Below, one piece after another: positions 25,379 to 41,274 of a DNA stretch of 64,000 nucleotides. Source of the DNA: the human T2T-CHM13v2.0 reference genome, Homo sapiens. The notes under the pieces are model-generated. The model was not told the DNA's origin. It made no database searches and saw only the letters and a list, made by a program, of their open reading frames with translations. The DNA lies in assembly GCF_009914755.1 (NCBI RefSeq), contig NC_060930.1, one strand, 5' to 3'. Positions within the stretch are counted from its first letter, which is position 1. The number at the start of each line of letters is the position of its first letter. Both the position numbers and the translations under genes were made by a program.

Positions 25379-26244
25379 GAAGGCAGAATCTTCTGCTTCT
25401 GAGGATATAATTGGTGATTTATATCACTAGCCACTGTCCTGTGATATTAACAGGTCTTAACTCTTCACTCATGTTAATAATCCTGAGATGAGGTTCCTCC
25501 TCTGGAGTATTGACTCAGAGCTAGCAAATAAGTAATTGTGATCATTCCAAATCACTCACTGCACCTTAGAGAGACGTTTCCGCTCTTTGCAGTTCTTTAG
25601 TATCATTCTTAAAGTTTGTTACTAATCTGCTATGCATTAACTAATAATCAGTTATATTATCATCTCCCCAAAGCACAGATGATAATACGTCAATCCTGCT
25701 GTTTAGACATTTCAAAACATTTTATTCTCAAAGAAAAGTTAGCTAGGAAGCTAGCTGGGAAGGATAGTTCAAAAGTAACAAGAAAGCCCCTTTTAGAAGG
25801 ATGAGGTTATTTCCTGGGCAAGATGCAAATACTAACCTGTGTGCTCCACTAACCCACAGTGGACCTCGTGTTCAATGCCTAAAAGAATAATTCAAAGGAA
25901 GTTTTCCAATATTCACTGTCAGTTGTGATAGCTTTGACATTGTAGTCATGGTATAAGAGTTAAATAAATTCAAGAGAGAAATATTTATCTAAACTCTCTG
26001 GCAATGGTACTGTTATTCTCTTTTGTTAGTGAATAATTGAAAAGGTATCAAATAGCAAAGTTTCAATTATTCATCAAGTTACTTCATTTACTAGACAAAT
26101 GTCTATAGGCAAATAACTGATACTTGAATTAAAAACTGGCAACATCTCCACAGGTTTGCTTATTGGGTCATCATTGCTTGAATCCTCAAATATAAAAGCT
26201 TCATACAAATTGTCTATCAGTGGTTACAGAGGGAGTTTGGTATT

Positions 26245-27177
<933 letters not shown>

Positions 27178-27843
27178 AATAACAAGGCAGTTTTTATAAT
27201 CCAAAGCCTCGAGATTTTTGTTTTCTGTGTAAGAAGAATAAAACAAATAAAAAGAACAAAACAATGTACAAATATCCTCTGTTAGGTGATAAACATGAGT
27301 GTAGACAGTATAATCTTATTTCTGTAATTCCAGAGCATTTATTTTTCTGGAATGTTGTGATTTGCAACTTGTTCCTACAACACACCTTTTCAATCCTTCC
27401 CTCCATCTAGAATTTCAAGCATGTAGTGTATATGATGATCATGCCAGGAGGCCCAAAAGAAAGAGGTGCTACAGAACTATTTTAGCTTTCTGAATATTAT
27501 TTTATTTGCAGACTTATAGAATATACGTGCCCTGATTCTCCCAGATTCTGGCTTCCTGTCACCCTCTTCTGTTTGTACAAATTATGTAGACAATATAGCT
27601 AGATCATGAAATCAAACCGCTGTGTTCTGAAATTCTGCCTCTATCGTATTCTTTCTGACTTTTACATTAGACCTTACATTGGCAGCCCCTGGGAACCAAT
27701 ATTATGTATTTGGTTCTTTCAACAAGACTAAACCTCTTTATAACTTCCCCATCTTGTGTCATTTAATCCTCCACTGACATCTTCAAGCCTTTCCTGTTAT
27801 TACATGAAAAGATATTCATCTGGAAATGTCACCTCAATGTAAA

Positions 27844-28371
27844 TGTTACAGCTATCAAAACTATGAAGTGTCTGAGATTTTATCCTATTTGCAAGCTAAT
27901 AAGTTTACCTGTCACAGTTTCATGGATGCTTGTAGAAGATACGAGACTCCTGGGCTAGAGACAAAGGATATTATTACTCATGGCACTCACGAAGCAGGAA
28001 CGTCATAATGTTCAAAATGTTTCCCTTGCGCCCTGATACCCAGGGGCATGATGTGGAGCAGCCTAGGTGGATACTCCACATGCAGTGGGTTTGCCTCATG
28101 CTGAGAAACTCTGAGCTTTTAAAGGGATCTCAGAAACCACTGTTTTAAAGGGGGCTGCCAGAAAATCTGCCCAACCTTGGCTTGAAAAGAGACATTTTAT
28201 TATCCTGATTGCAGACAAATCAGCCTTGTGCCCTAGAGAAAGGTACTATATCTTCCAAGGCTGTTGCTATACAAATATCCTCCAAAAGACTGTGCTGTAA
28301 AAAGCTGCCAATTCCTCTAGTCAAAAGACATGCAGAAATGCAAGAGATCCATGAGGAATTGTCTTCCAACT
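27844..28371 (-). mobile_element. LTR40-like ERVL solo LTR
   Basis: Reverse complement starts gttggaagacaattcctcatggatctcttgcatttctgcatg; internal ttgcaagctaa..cacagtttcatggatgc. Confidence 0.75.
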
Positions 28372-28946
28372 GCTTCTTGTTCAAAAAGTGTCCCTTTGCC
28401 GATAAGCGAGCATGCCTGTCTGATACAAACCAGACTAGCTTTGCCTAGATTTAAATGATGTTAGAACCATTTAAAATTAGCTAAATTATATACACATACT
28501 TTATAATTAATTATTTCTTGAAAAAATTGCATATACATACACATATACAAATAAACACTTTCCAAGAGACTATTACTAAACAAGCAACAAAATATTTATT
28601 TCTAACATTTACTAAGCAGAACAAATGAAACAACATAGCAATTAAAAGATTGAGACATGGTTTAAAGAACTGTGCTTACATATTTAAGAAAGGGCTTCTC
28701 TGGGAAAAGGAACACTGCTCTAAGCTAGCTTTCCCAAAGTTTGATATTCAAGTACAATTTCCTATAGCTAATCCTTGAGAAAAGAATTCATATTCTAGTA
28801 ATTTGAGGACATGCTTTATAACAGCCTTTTCTCCACTAAGAATCACAATGCAATTTAGCATATTAAAGATTCTGAGAAGTCTTGACATGAGGAAATTGGT
28901 TTTATTTTGTTTAATTCACTATTGTCTTAATTAATTTGATAATGAA

Positions 28947-28952
28947 CTCTCT

Positions 28953-28990
<38 letters not shown>
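28947..28990. repeat. (CT)5(TG)17 compound microsatellite
   Basis: Directly visible. Confidence 0.97.
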
Positions 28991-28992
<2 letters not shown>

Positions 28993-30054
28993 CTAGTACT
29001 AAAGGTGGTACTACATAAATGTGACCAAGATTTAGATTTACTAGGTTATTCTTTTCTTATTTAGCATGGGCTATTTAAAGTCTTGGAATATACTTTGGAT
29101 TTGATTTATTCTGCACATTTCACATTCAAATTCTACATTTTTATAGGGCTTGATTATCTGGAAATGTCATTAACTTATTCTCACTGTCCTTCTGCTTCCT
29201 CCGATCTATTTATAAGGTCAGTTCCTGAAGCTTAATTTTTCATATTGATGAGGAAATGTGCAGCTATGTCAAACTTTTTAATAATTCACAATAAGGATAA
29301 GCATCCATGTGTAATCTTTGCACTTATAAAATACACCTTAAAAGTGATCAATTAGTTACCAAAAACTACTCTTATTTTAATGTAAATTAATTTTATACCA
29401 TTTGTAGGTCTTTCCACATAGTTAACCTCAGCCTTAAATAGTTTGATTTTTTTCCCTGCCTGATAAGATACAAAATGCACAACAGGACACACAGTAATAA
29501 GAAACAAGGGCAATTTCTTTTAATACAGATGTTCTTTCTTTTTTTTAGTCTCATTTAGAGGAAAAGATGTTCTAATAAATGATGACAGTTTCTTTTTTAT
29601 TATATTTTCTTCCAATCTTTAAAAAAATCAGTTTCATTGAGTATAATTAATTATATAATAAATCAATTTAAATTGAATTGTATAATTCAATTAGCTTTGA
29701 AAAATGTATAAAGTTGTGTAAGTGTCACCACAATCAAAATATAAAACATTTTTATCATCTCTAAAAGCATCCCTGTGCTTTTTTGCATTCAGTTCTTCTC
29801 TTTGCCCCCCAGCCTCTGGCAACTACTGATCTTTTTGTTACTATAGTGTTATTTTTATCACAGTGCATGTAATTCTCTGTGTCTGACTTCTTTCACTTGA
29901 GTAATTCATTTGAGAATCATCTATGCTGTTGGCTCTATCAGCACTGTATTTCTTTTTATGACTAAGTAGTATCCCCTTTTATAGATATACTATTTGTTTA
30001 ATTCATTTACCACTCTAGGCACATTTGGCTTGTTTCCATTTTGAGCTATTCTGT

Positions 30055-30413
30055 ATACTATGCAGCCATAAACAATGAAGAGTTCATGTCCTTTGTAGGG
30101 ACATGGATGAAATTGGAAATCATCATTCTCAGTAAACTATCGCAAGAACAAAAAACCAAACACCGCATATTCTCACTCATAGGTGGGAATTGAACAATGA
30201 GAACACATGGACACAGGAAGGGGAACATCACCCTCTGGGGACTGTTGTGGGGTTGGGGGAGGGGGGAGGGATAGCTTTAGGAGATATACCTAATGGTAAA
30301 CGACGAGTTAATGGGTGCAGCACACCAGCATGGCACATGTATACATATGTAACTAACCTGCACATTGTGCACATGTACCCTAAAACTTAAAGTATAATAA
30401 TAATTAAAAAAAA
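30055..30413 (+). mobile_element. L1PA2-like 3' end (young)
   Basis: Near-consensus 3'UTR with gacGAGttaatggg (not the L1HS ACA/ACG), aagaacaaaaaacc, poly-A tail. Confidence 0.92.
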
Positions 30414-31173
30414 TGACTATGAACTTTCAGTCTTTACATGACATATATTCTCATTTTTTCTTGTGTAAATATGGAGGAGTGGAATTTCTGGGTACTGTGA
30501 TAGGTGTCCTTTTAGCCTAAGAAGCAGCTGGCAAGCTGTTTCCCAAAGTGCCTGCATCAATTTTAATTTTACTTGTACATTGCAACAACATATGAAACTT
30601 TAGTTAATCCCTGTCCTCACCAACACTTGGTAGAGTTAGTCTTTTTAATTTTAGCCAATTTAGTGGACATGTAGTAGTATTTGTATTTCCTTAATGACTA
30701 ATGATACTGAGCACCTATTATGTGCCTATATGCCATTTGTATATTTTCTTTTAAGTAGTGTTCACATATTTTTGCCCAGTTTTTATTGAGTTGTCTTATT
30801 ATCAAATTACGAGCTCTTCAGATATTCTTGTCACAAATCCTGTAACAGTTATATGTTTTGAAAATATTTCTCCCAAGTCTGTGGCTGCTTATCTTTTTAT
30901 TCTTTTAACAGTATTTTCTGAAGAGCAATTTAAAAAATATTATGAAGTCTAATTTATCATTTTTTCCCTTAGTTGGTGCTTTTGGTGTCCTAGGAAATAT
31001 TTGCCTAGCCCATGGTCACAAAAATTTTCTTCTGTTCTTTCTTTGCAATTCCCACTAATATTCCTTATTCTGCAGTCTATTTATTTCTGGTGTTAATACA
31101 GCCACTACAGCTTTCTTTTGATTATTTTTCATGTTATATGTAGTCCATATTTTTTCCATTCTTTTATATTTAA

Positions 31174-31500
<327 letters not shown>

Positions 31501-31978
31501 TAAAAGTATTTATTTTTAATGTTGGTTTTCTGGAGACAGTATATCGCTGGATTTTGATTTTTTATTAAATCTGACTATTTCAGATTCAATAAAATCAAAA
31601 CTTTTAGACTATTTATATAAGTGTAATTACTGATATACTTTGATTTAAATCTACCATCTTTCTACTTATTATTTGTTTTATCTGTGTCCTTCCTCCTGCC
31701 CCAATTTTCTTGCCTTCTCTTAGTTTGTTTTTTATCTGACTGCTTTCCACGCTTTCCCTCAGCATTTTAGAGTTTTACTTTATGCACGTGCAGATCAGTA
31801 TTTAAACAATGATTTGAGTGGCAACTTCAGCAGATCTCTGAAGCTCCCTCTTCACTGTTCTGTCCCACAAATTTTAGACGCTCTGGTTTCTTCAAACTCT
31901 AAACCTTACCTCTTCAACTCATTGACTCTCTAGCCCCTCTTAGTCTTCTGCCTCACTGCTTTTGATCCTAAAAACTGT

Positions 31979-32320
<342 letters not shown>

Positions 32321-33929
32321 TCATGTTTTCCCCCTCTAGCAGGTATAACTGACATACATCACCTATGTCCACTGTCTGCAATCATTTGTTTCATATATTT
32401 TTTCTAGGTTTCTAGTTGTGTATAGCAGGTGGCAGTTCCTATAGCATTAATCTTTCATGGGTGGAGTATTTGATAATGCTTTCTTTATTCTACCCTTGTG
32501 GAAATTGTCTGAATAAATTTTCAGCACCATGTTGTATGTGAGTGAATGATGTTCAACCTTAGGAATTAGTCCCCACTGTGGAAAAGTACCTCCTCTTCCT
32601 TTTCTAAACTTTCCTCTCCAACCCTCCATTATTTTTAATGAAGAACTGTCATAGGCTAAATGACTTGAATTTCATAGGGTATAGACTTGAATTTATGTTT
32701 TTCTTAGCTGCAGCTGTTTAAAAAATAGGAAAAGATTTTCTGAATTTTCATTAATGTATTCATTGAGTTGATTTTGCTACTAAAATGGACTTTTATTGTT
32801 TTGTTCCTGCCAACTTCAGAATAGACTTTAAAACCATTTGTTTTTTTATTTATGAAATATGGTTTAATAACTAAAAATGCTTTATTGGTCCTTTATAGGA
32901 ACTGCAAAATATGTAAAAAAGAGTGGGAGTGTGAAATGGGGAAAATTATTTAATTATCAATATCACCCTTTACTGTAAGCAGCTTATGCTTCTCTTTGGC
33001 CTTGAAAATGAACCTATGACATTCTGTGAGAAGAGTTGGCAATCCAAATAGGAACAGAAACACTGTTAGAGAAATCTAGAACAGACACAGAGAGTCTGTC
33101 CTTATCTGTGGCAGAAGACAGAAATCATGGGTTAAAAGTACTGAGAGTGTGACACTTTGAGCTAAACCCAACACCCCCATGACCATTGGGAGAGATGGAG
33201 ACTTTGATTTCTCACGTTGTTGCTGCTCAACTCTCGGCACATGAGCTTCGTGCAACCTTCTAAATATTTCTTCTCTGACATGGGAAGAAGGAAAGCTTAC
33301 GAGAATTGAATTTTCTTTCCTTTTCACTTGGGGAGAGAACCTTAATAATGGGAGAAAAGTAGTAAATATGCAAGCCCAGCATGTTGGATACAGCATTCTC
33401 TCTAGAAAAATAACCAGCTGGTCTTATCAGATTCCTGCCTGGAAGAGTATAAATAGCCTTTTCAGCGGTGCTGCCACAACTACTTACACTTTATAAATCA
33501 AAATTTGTAGTTTTGCTTGGGGAAACAAGCTACTTAAACAGGCCCATTTTAGAAAAACCTTTTCTGAGGCTCTTACTTTTCACTCAATCATTTCAGGTAT
33601 GAAGCCTAGTAATTTTGGCATCATAGGTATTTATTCAATTTCTTTTCATACTGTACTGTAAGAAACCAGAGTAATTGTGCTCATTTTTCTGTTTTTTTAC
33701 TAGGTGATAAACTGTTCCCATTTCCATGTCTTACAGAGATGCATTTAGATTGCCCTTAGGCATTGCTGGGTAGAGCTGTGCTAGCTGCCTGCTCAAACCT
33801 TCTATAGTGGCTTTTTTTCCTGTCACATGAGATAAAAAAAATCTTATGAGCTGCTGCCAAGGGGTTGGTTATGCTTCCTAGGGCTTCCGATGAGAAAAAA
33901 TGTGGGAGAGCATAAGTTGTTAGAAAGTT

Positions 33930-34190
33930 AACTGAATCAAATGCCTGGTTGCTTCATTATTCAGCTTAAATAGTAAACTCAAGCTGTGTGACCTTCTGTG
34001 TGACATGAACTATTGCTTGAGGTTGGGGACGTGAAGATGAACAACAGAAAGCCCTGTTCTTGAGGAGCTGCTAGTCTAGCGACATGACACCCAGGTAAGA
34101 TCAGTGGGTTACGTGCCAAGATGAAGGTGGAGGGAACCACGAGAACACAGAGGAAAGGCAGAGTCTCACCGAGCTAGGAGACGTACCCGA
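33930..34190 (-). mobile_element. L2 3' fragment
   Basis: ggggacgtgaagatgaac...ccctgttcttgaggagctgctagtctag...gagaacacagaggaa. Confidence 0.6.
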
Positions 34191-35044
34191 CCGCTACTAA
34201 ATAGCCAGGAAAATAGTTTTCACATTCTTTGATATCACTGCAAGTGAGTGAAAGCTGTAAAAATCAGGAGTAGAACGTGCTACCTGTTTCTGCAGTCCTT
34301 CAGTGTGGAAATTGTGTTTAAAGAAGGCATCCAGTGATGGGCTTGCAGTGGCACTGTTACTACAGAGTGAGAGGTAGACAAGCATCGGTCTCCTAGGAGA
34401 GGTCTCTGAAGGACATTGGAGCCAGATACTTGTAAATTAAGACTTTACAAATAATTACACCCATATTTTTTGAAGTTATCAAGCTGCTATTCTTAATTGG
34501 ATTGTAATACAAATACTTTCCCTTGATTTTTGTTTCAAATATAACCAACGATCCTACTTCTGAATCACATCACAACTGATTAGATCAAATTATTTGTGAA
34601 AATGGACAACTTTTTCTAGTAAAAAATGCCCGTAAGGTTTTGCACAGTAATAAAACAAATTTGACCAGCCACATTTACAGGTGATTTTTCTTAAAACCTG
34701 AGATCTGTAGTAATATGTCATTTTTCTAGAGGAGCAGTTTGAATTCCATCCTCAGTAAGAGTGCTGTGCAGGGCAGGTAACCTTGCTTGGGAGTGAGTCT
34801 AGCTGGCCACCCTAAACCTGAATACTACTTTGCTTGTGTTCACTTGTTCTTATAGTCAAAGTAGTTTTCTTTAAAGGGACTGAAAAAGCCATTTGAGTTT
34901 ATTTTTGCAGCTAAAATTCACTTCACTATATAGAATAATTTATAATCTATAGTGCTGTTTATGAATTTGTAGATTAGAATTTGGTCCTCTCTGAATACCA
35001 AGAATTACTGTATTATTTAGGACAATTTGTTTTTTCAGCATTAG

Positions 35045-35379
<335 letters not shown>

Positions 35380-35469
35380 AATTGCTTAAATTTTTAATTC
35401 TCTCCATTTAAAGTTCTTCTCCCAAATCTTAAATTCACTGAGAAGTGTCTGCATCAACAATGTATATAT

Positions 35470-35768
35470 GGCTGGGCGTGGGGGCTCACGCCTGTAATCT
35501 CAGCACTTTGGGAGGCTGAGGCGGGTGGATCACGAGGTCAGGAGTTCAAGACCAGTCTTGCCAAGATGGTGAAACCTCGTCTCTACTAAAAATATAAAAA
35601 TTAGCCAGGTGTGGTGGCGGGCACCTGTAATCCCAGCTACTCAGGAGGCTGAGGAAGAGAATTACTTGAACCTGCGAGGCAGAGGTTGCAGTGAGCCAAG
35701 ATTGCACCACTGCACTCCAGCCTGAGTGACAGAGAAAGACTCCATATCAAAAAAACAAAAACAAAAAA
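35470..35768 (+). mobile_element. AluSg-type
   Basis: ggatcacgaggtcaggagttcaagacc; TSD aacaatgta(t/c)at. Confidence 0.93.
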
Positions 35769-37325
35769 CCAACAATGTACATGTGAGGAATGGTGCTTGG
35801 AGCATGAGCAGTGTGTTGAAATCACTGGTGCCAGGGGTGGGTCACATTGCAAGTGCCCATGAGTTGAGTGCCAGCTGGAAGTTGGTCAAGTGAGGCTTTA
35901 AAGTGGATGAAGAGTTCCCAGAGAAATATTGTATGGAAACCTGGTCTGGATGATCTTGTAGGCTAGTCTAGAAATTCATGAGGATGGTAAATGTTTTCTG
36001 CAGTTTTGCGTAGACCTGGAATTGTGAAAACATGGCTGATTCTGCAATGACAACTTCCACTAGTTCTCTACCAGGGCAGTTCTATTGCTAATACAAGTAT
36101 TTCCTTGTTTTTTAATGCTATGTTCCTGGTCTCAGGAAGATGTCTATTAGGTCTCAGATTATGGGCTCAGGTTTATTAGTATTATTACTATTTGGGAAAT
36201 AAAAATTACAGCAGTAAGAGGAAGAATTGCTGATAGGGAAGCAGAAGGTTGTTCTAGAGGGTACTTTGTTGTTATATGCACATTACAATATCCAAGCCTC
36301 CAAAATGAAGCATAAATTTGGAACTTGGTTGCTTGATGTAAGATGTTCTTCCTCTTTAAAATGTTTACAAGGTTGATTGAAACAGCTCAGTCGTACATGT
36401 GAATTTTGACATTCCCTCAGATGCTCAGTTACCCGGTGGTGTGGCATTATGGAAATGTAATATGCCAGCCAGCAGTCACTTGCATCTCCCAAAAGTTAAT
36501 GCCTTTAGTAGGAGATGTTTTGCTATTAGAGAGGGCTTAAAGTTATGGGATCAGACTCCACACACCAGTGTCTAATCTATCTTGCAGTAAAGTGTATAGC
36601 AACAAGATGGTACTGCCTGGCTATATATGCTAAATTCCTTGCATAGGTGGTGTTACAGTTCTACTCTAAATAAAGCAATCAATCAATATTTCTCCTCTGC
36701 TTACACTCCAATCTTCAGAACTGCTTGTTAAGCTAGCTAGATGGATTTACTTAGGGCAGTGAAAGACATTCAGCAAGTCCATCCAATTTCTTGATTTATT
36801 TGCTATTGATGCATAAAATAAGCTTGTCTGTGAAATAACCAGGTTGAAATTGCTGTTCTCATGCATTTTCATTGTTATTATTTGGCTAGACTGACTCCTG
36901 AGGGTCAAATTAAAACTCATTCATCCAGAGCTACATGAGTGACAATGGATAGCTTCTTCAGTTAAAATCAGTACCAGTATTGTGTTTGAATAACACCATT
37001 GAATAATCTTAGATAATATCTAGATCTACCAAATTTTCTAAAAGTAAAGAGGAAGAATATCCATATGAATTGTTCATCTTCGAAATGTGTTTGAATTTAG
37101 CACCTAGATTTTATTGTCACTTAAAGTGAAGAGACATACATCAACCTAAGAACTCAATGACAGCATATGTGAACTTTTCTAACACAAGAAATAATCATGG
37201 TGATATTTACACTTTGTATTGCCTTATAGTTGACAAAAGACTTTTCACGGTGTTATGTCTTCTGATACAACATCTGAAGATATTTCTGAAATAAATTATT
37301 GTCACCTTGTTTGAAGACTGGATAA

Positions 37326-37729
<404 letters not shown>

Positions 37730-37884
37730 GATGTCTCTCTTTTTTTTTACAAAAATTATTTTTGCGAAGTATTTAATGTAAAAAATACATTTCCAAAGGC
37801 AACAATCTTTAGTCAATGTACTACTCTTTTCAAAAAATATATTTTAAAATGTTTGACTTCTACTTAAAATGCATATTTTCTATT

Positions 37885-38000
37885 GTATAGAGCTTAGAAA
37901 TAATTCTAGTCCATGGCCTTCATTGTATAGATGAGGAAATGAAGACATACAAGGTGACTTGCCCAAGGTCACTCAGTGTTAGCTGACATTGGCACCTTCC
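37885..38000 (-). mobile_element. MIR/MIR3 core
   Basis: tagatgaggaaatgaag...gtgacttgcccaaggtcac. Confidence 0.75.
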
Positions 38001-39904
38001 TCTATTACTCTCAGACAACTACTTGTTTTTTACAAAACAAAATCTCCATACTATAGTACCATAGTTTCAAAACAAGACTGTATGGTGAACAGCCAGTCTT
38101 ATTAGGTAAAGTATTTCCATGCCAAATGTAAGTCACATAGGGCATTTTGTTCTTGGAGTAATTAAACAATATGACCCACAAAAGTTGAAGGATTATTCTC
38201 AGTTGTCTCCTGCATCTATTTTGGTACAGGAATGTAAACATGGAACAAGAAGATGGCTGTCACTCAAAATAAATTGCTGCATTGGCCAGACGTTTTGGCT
38301 TTTCTGGTTGAGGGCCCAGTGGTACATTGTGCTCTTGGCTTCCAGAAAATGGAGTGGATCCCAAGGCTGCTGGTTCATGCAACTGCAAGACCTAGTATGT
38401 TTTTTCTTACTATTAGCCATGTATAGGCTGCAAGTCCTTCGACCAGGATGATTTAACAACTGAGTCAGTTGATTATATAGAGAACCCCACTCTATCTCAG
38501 TGTACTGATTTACACACCTTAACTAGCTGCAGAAATCAGATGAATTTCACTTAATAATGGGGTAGATAGGATCCAGTATGGCGCCCACTATTATAGTTTC
38601 TTCACTATTTTGCCCCTTCTAAAAGTGGCATCTTTTTTTTCCACTATTTTTGACCACTTGAAAAAGAGACCAGGAAACAAGGATAATGAATGGGCCCCAT
38701 ATCAACCAGTTTTTTTTTTTTTTTTGGTGTTTTTCTTATAATGTCTCCCATTTAAATATTCTTTCTGTTTCTCTAAATATCACTCCTTTGCTAGGTCTGA
38801 ATCATCCTTAACAAGTATATTTTTTGATACCGTTGTATTTTTCAGGGGAAAAGGAAAAAAAAAACCTTTTTATTTAAGGATTTTTGAACACTAATATCTT
38901 TTACCTAGAAAGAATTTCTCTTTTTACTTAAGTTTGAACCAGGAACTTGAAACACTATACATTTTCTGTTACCTTTGGCAATAAAATTAAATCTGAAGTG
39001 AAAGAACTGAGTAATCTACAACATATCCATTTGTCAATGTAACATCCTGAGTAGCACACTTTAAACTTTTAAGCATATACATTTTTAAAAGATCTCCCTA
39101 TAAATAGCTAATGGGGAAAATCTTGATGTATGAAAGCTCCGAGTCATCTGTCTCACCCCACTGCTACTGTCATGAGAGAGGGAACAGAATTTGTCATTAA
39201 TGGTTCAGCTCATGGGGAAGTCCCTTTCTGAATTTGAAAATGGCTGTATATGTTTGCAGATAATGGTCCAGGTGCTTTTAAGTATCTTGTATCTAAGGAA
39301 CATGATTTTTAAAATCATAATTTAGAAATAAAATTAAGTAATTAAAATAATAAAACATGTCAATGGGCATTATCATAGAAAGTTTTTGAAACTCTGTAAT
39401 TTGGGTCTAGTCGGTCAACCCTGTCTTATGGATGACAGTGGCATAGGCCAAGATGTAGGTCAGGATGCTGTAACCTAGTGGTCAGCTAAGGAATGCTGCT
39501 GTATGAGATTGAAGTGAAATTAGTTTGTACTACCATGCATTGGCCTTGTAGAAGTCCAATGCCCTCATCCAGAGTTCTGTGACTCTCTGGGATGGGGAGG
39601 CCGGAGCTTATATTTTCATGATCACCTTTGGCTCTGTTTGTGCATCTGATGAAGTATTCTTCATTCTTCACCTTGAGGCTGTCCCTACATCTCAATCCTG
39701 GTGTTGACACAAAGGGTTTGGTCAGCGATTGGTGTTTTTGATACTCTTTTCACCCTAGAGCAACCTTAATGCAGGTTGATTGCATGAAGTTTCCTTAGTG
39801 AGAGGGCCCATCATTGTTCAACAATTGTAAACAACATGAAATTGTACATTAGAAAATCCTTGCCATTTATGAACCAAAGTTGGTTTTCCTTCAGTTTGTT
39901 TTGC

Positions 39905-40840
39905 ATAAATTTTTTTTAAAAAACCTAATTAGTACATGTGTTAAAAATTTTCAACAGCATGGAAGGGTACTCTTGTATGCAAAAAATATTCTTACATGAG
40001 ATCACCAATTAGCCTGCTCTGAGGTGACTACGGTTAATAATTTGTATTCTCCTATAATATTTTTAAACATATATGTCTCAATCCTTCTTTGTAAACAAAA
40101 TATCACACTATACTTAATATTTTGTACCACTTTGCATTTTATACGAAAAAATATTTTTGAGTAATCTGATATCAGTATCTAAAGACCTGTTTTATACTTT
40201 GAGTAGCTGCATAATAATATTTCATTGTATGAGACTTTCAGTAATTTATTATTTCTTTTTGTTTTCAAACACCAACTATTAATAGAATCAGATATACTAT
40301 AATTTATTAACCAGCCAGCTCTTTACAGATATTCAAGATGTTTCCAGTTTGTTGCTATTTTTTTTTTTTTTTTTTTTTGAGACGGAGTCTCGCTCTGCTG
40401 CCCAGGCTGGAGTGCAGTGGCACCATCTCTGCTCACTGCAAGCTCCGCCTCTCTGGTTCACGCCATTCTCTCCTGGGCTCAAGTGATCCTTCCACCACGT
40501 CCTCTGAAAGTTCTGGGATTACAGGGATGAACCACTGCACCCAGCCCTGGATAAATTTTTATAAGTGAATTTTTTTGGATTAACAGGTATTTGGATATTT
40601 AATTTAACACATATGGCTAAATTGGTCTCTTTTAGAATCAGCTTGTCTGGTTCCATCATCCCCAAGATCTCATTTGTAGTTTCATTTGGATCACATTGAA
40701 TTTATTAAATGTTAGGGAAAATAATATTTTATGATTGTATCTTACTGTGCAAAACCAGAGTGGCTTGCAATGTGTTTGTCTTATTTTATGCCTTTTAGAT
40801 TTTAAATTTTCTGTGTTTTTGACTCTGTTCATTTCTTGTT
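39905..40840 (-). mobile_element. L1ME 3' fragment
   Basis: gtagctgcataataatatttcattgtat...tttccagtttgttgctatt | ggataaatt. Confidence 0.6.
40358..40547 (-). mobile_element. Chimeric Alu: AluY 3' part fused to AluJ/FLAM 5' part
   Basis: AluY diagnostics gcaagctccgcc and ttcacgccattctc up to 40470, then tcctgggctcaagtgatcct (J-type left arm). Confidence 0.85.
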
Positions 40841-41274
40841 AGATTTTTTAAAATTAAACTTGAAATTTTGACATAATTTGTAGATTCATTCAGTTGTAAG
40901 AAATAATCCTGTGAGATCCCAAATTTTACTCAGTTTTCCTCCAGTGTCATCATCTTGTGAAATTGTAATACAGTCTTGCAACCAGGATAATCAAATTGAC
41001 AAAGTCAAGATTTAGAACACTGTCATCACCACAGGATGCCAGGACAAACTCTTTTGTAGCCACACGACTTCCTACCCTATCTTCTATTCCTACTCTCCAA
41101 GAATCACTAATTTGTTGTTCCATTTCTATAATTTTGTCATTTCAAGAATGTTACGTAAATAGACTCAAACATGATATAACCATAGAGGAACAGCTTTTTT
41201 CACTCAGCCTAATTTCCTGGAGATTCATCCAAGCTGCTGTATGTATCAATAGTTTGTTCCTTGGTATTATTGAG

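Noticed and set aside
38119-38459. Overlapping ORFs or possible pseudogene or ancient SINE
   Set aside because: I could not match it to any protein or repeat consensus with confidence
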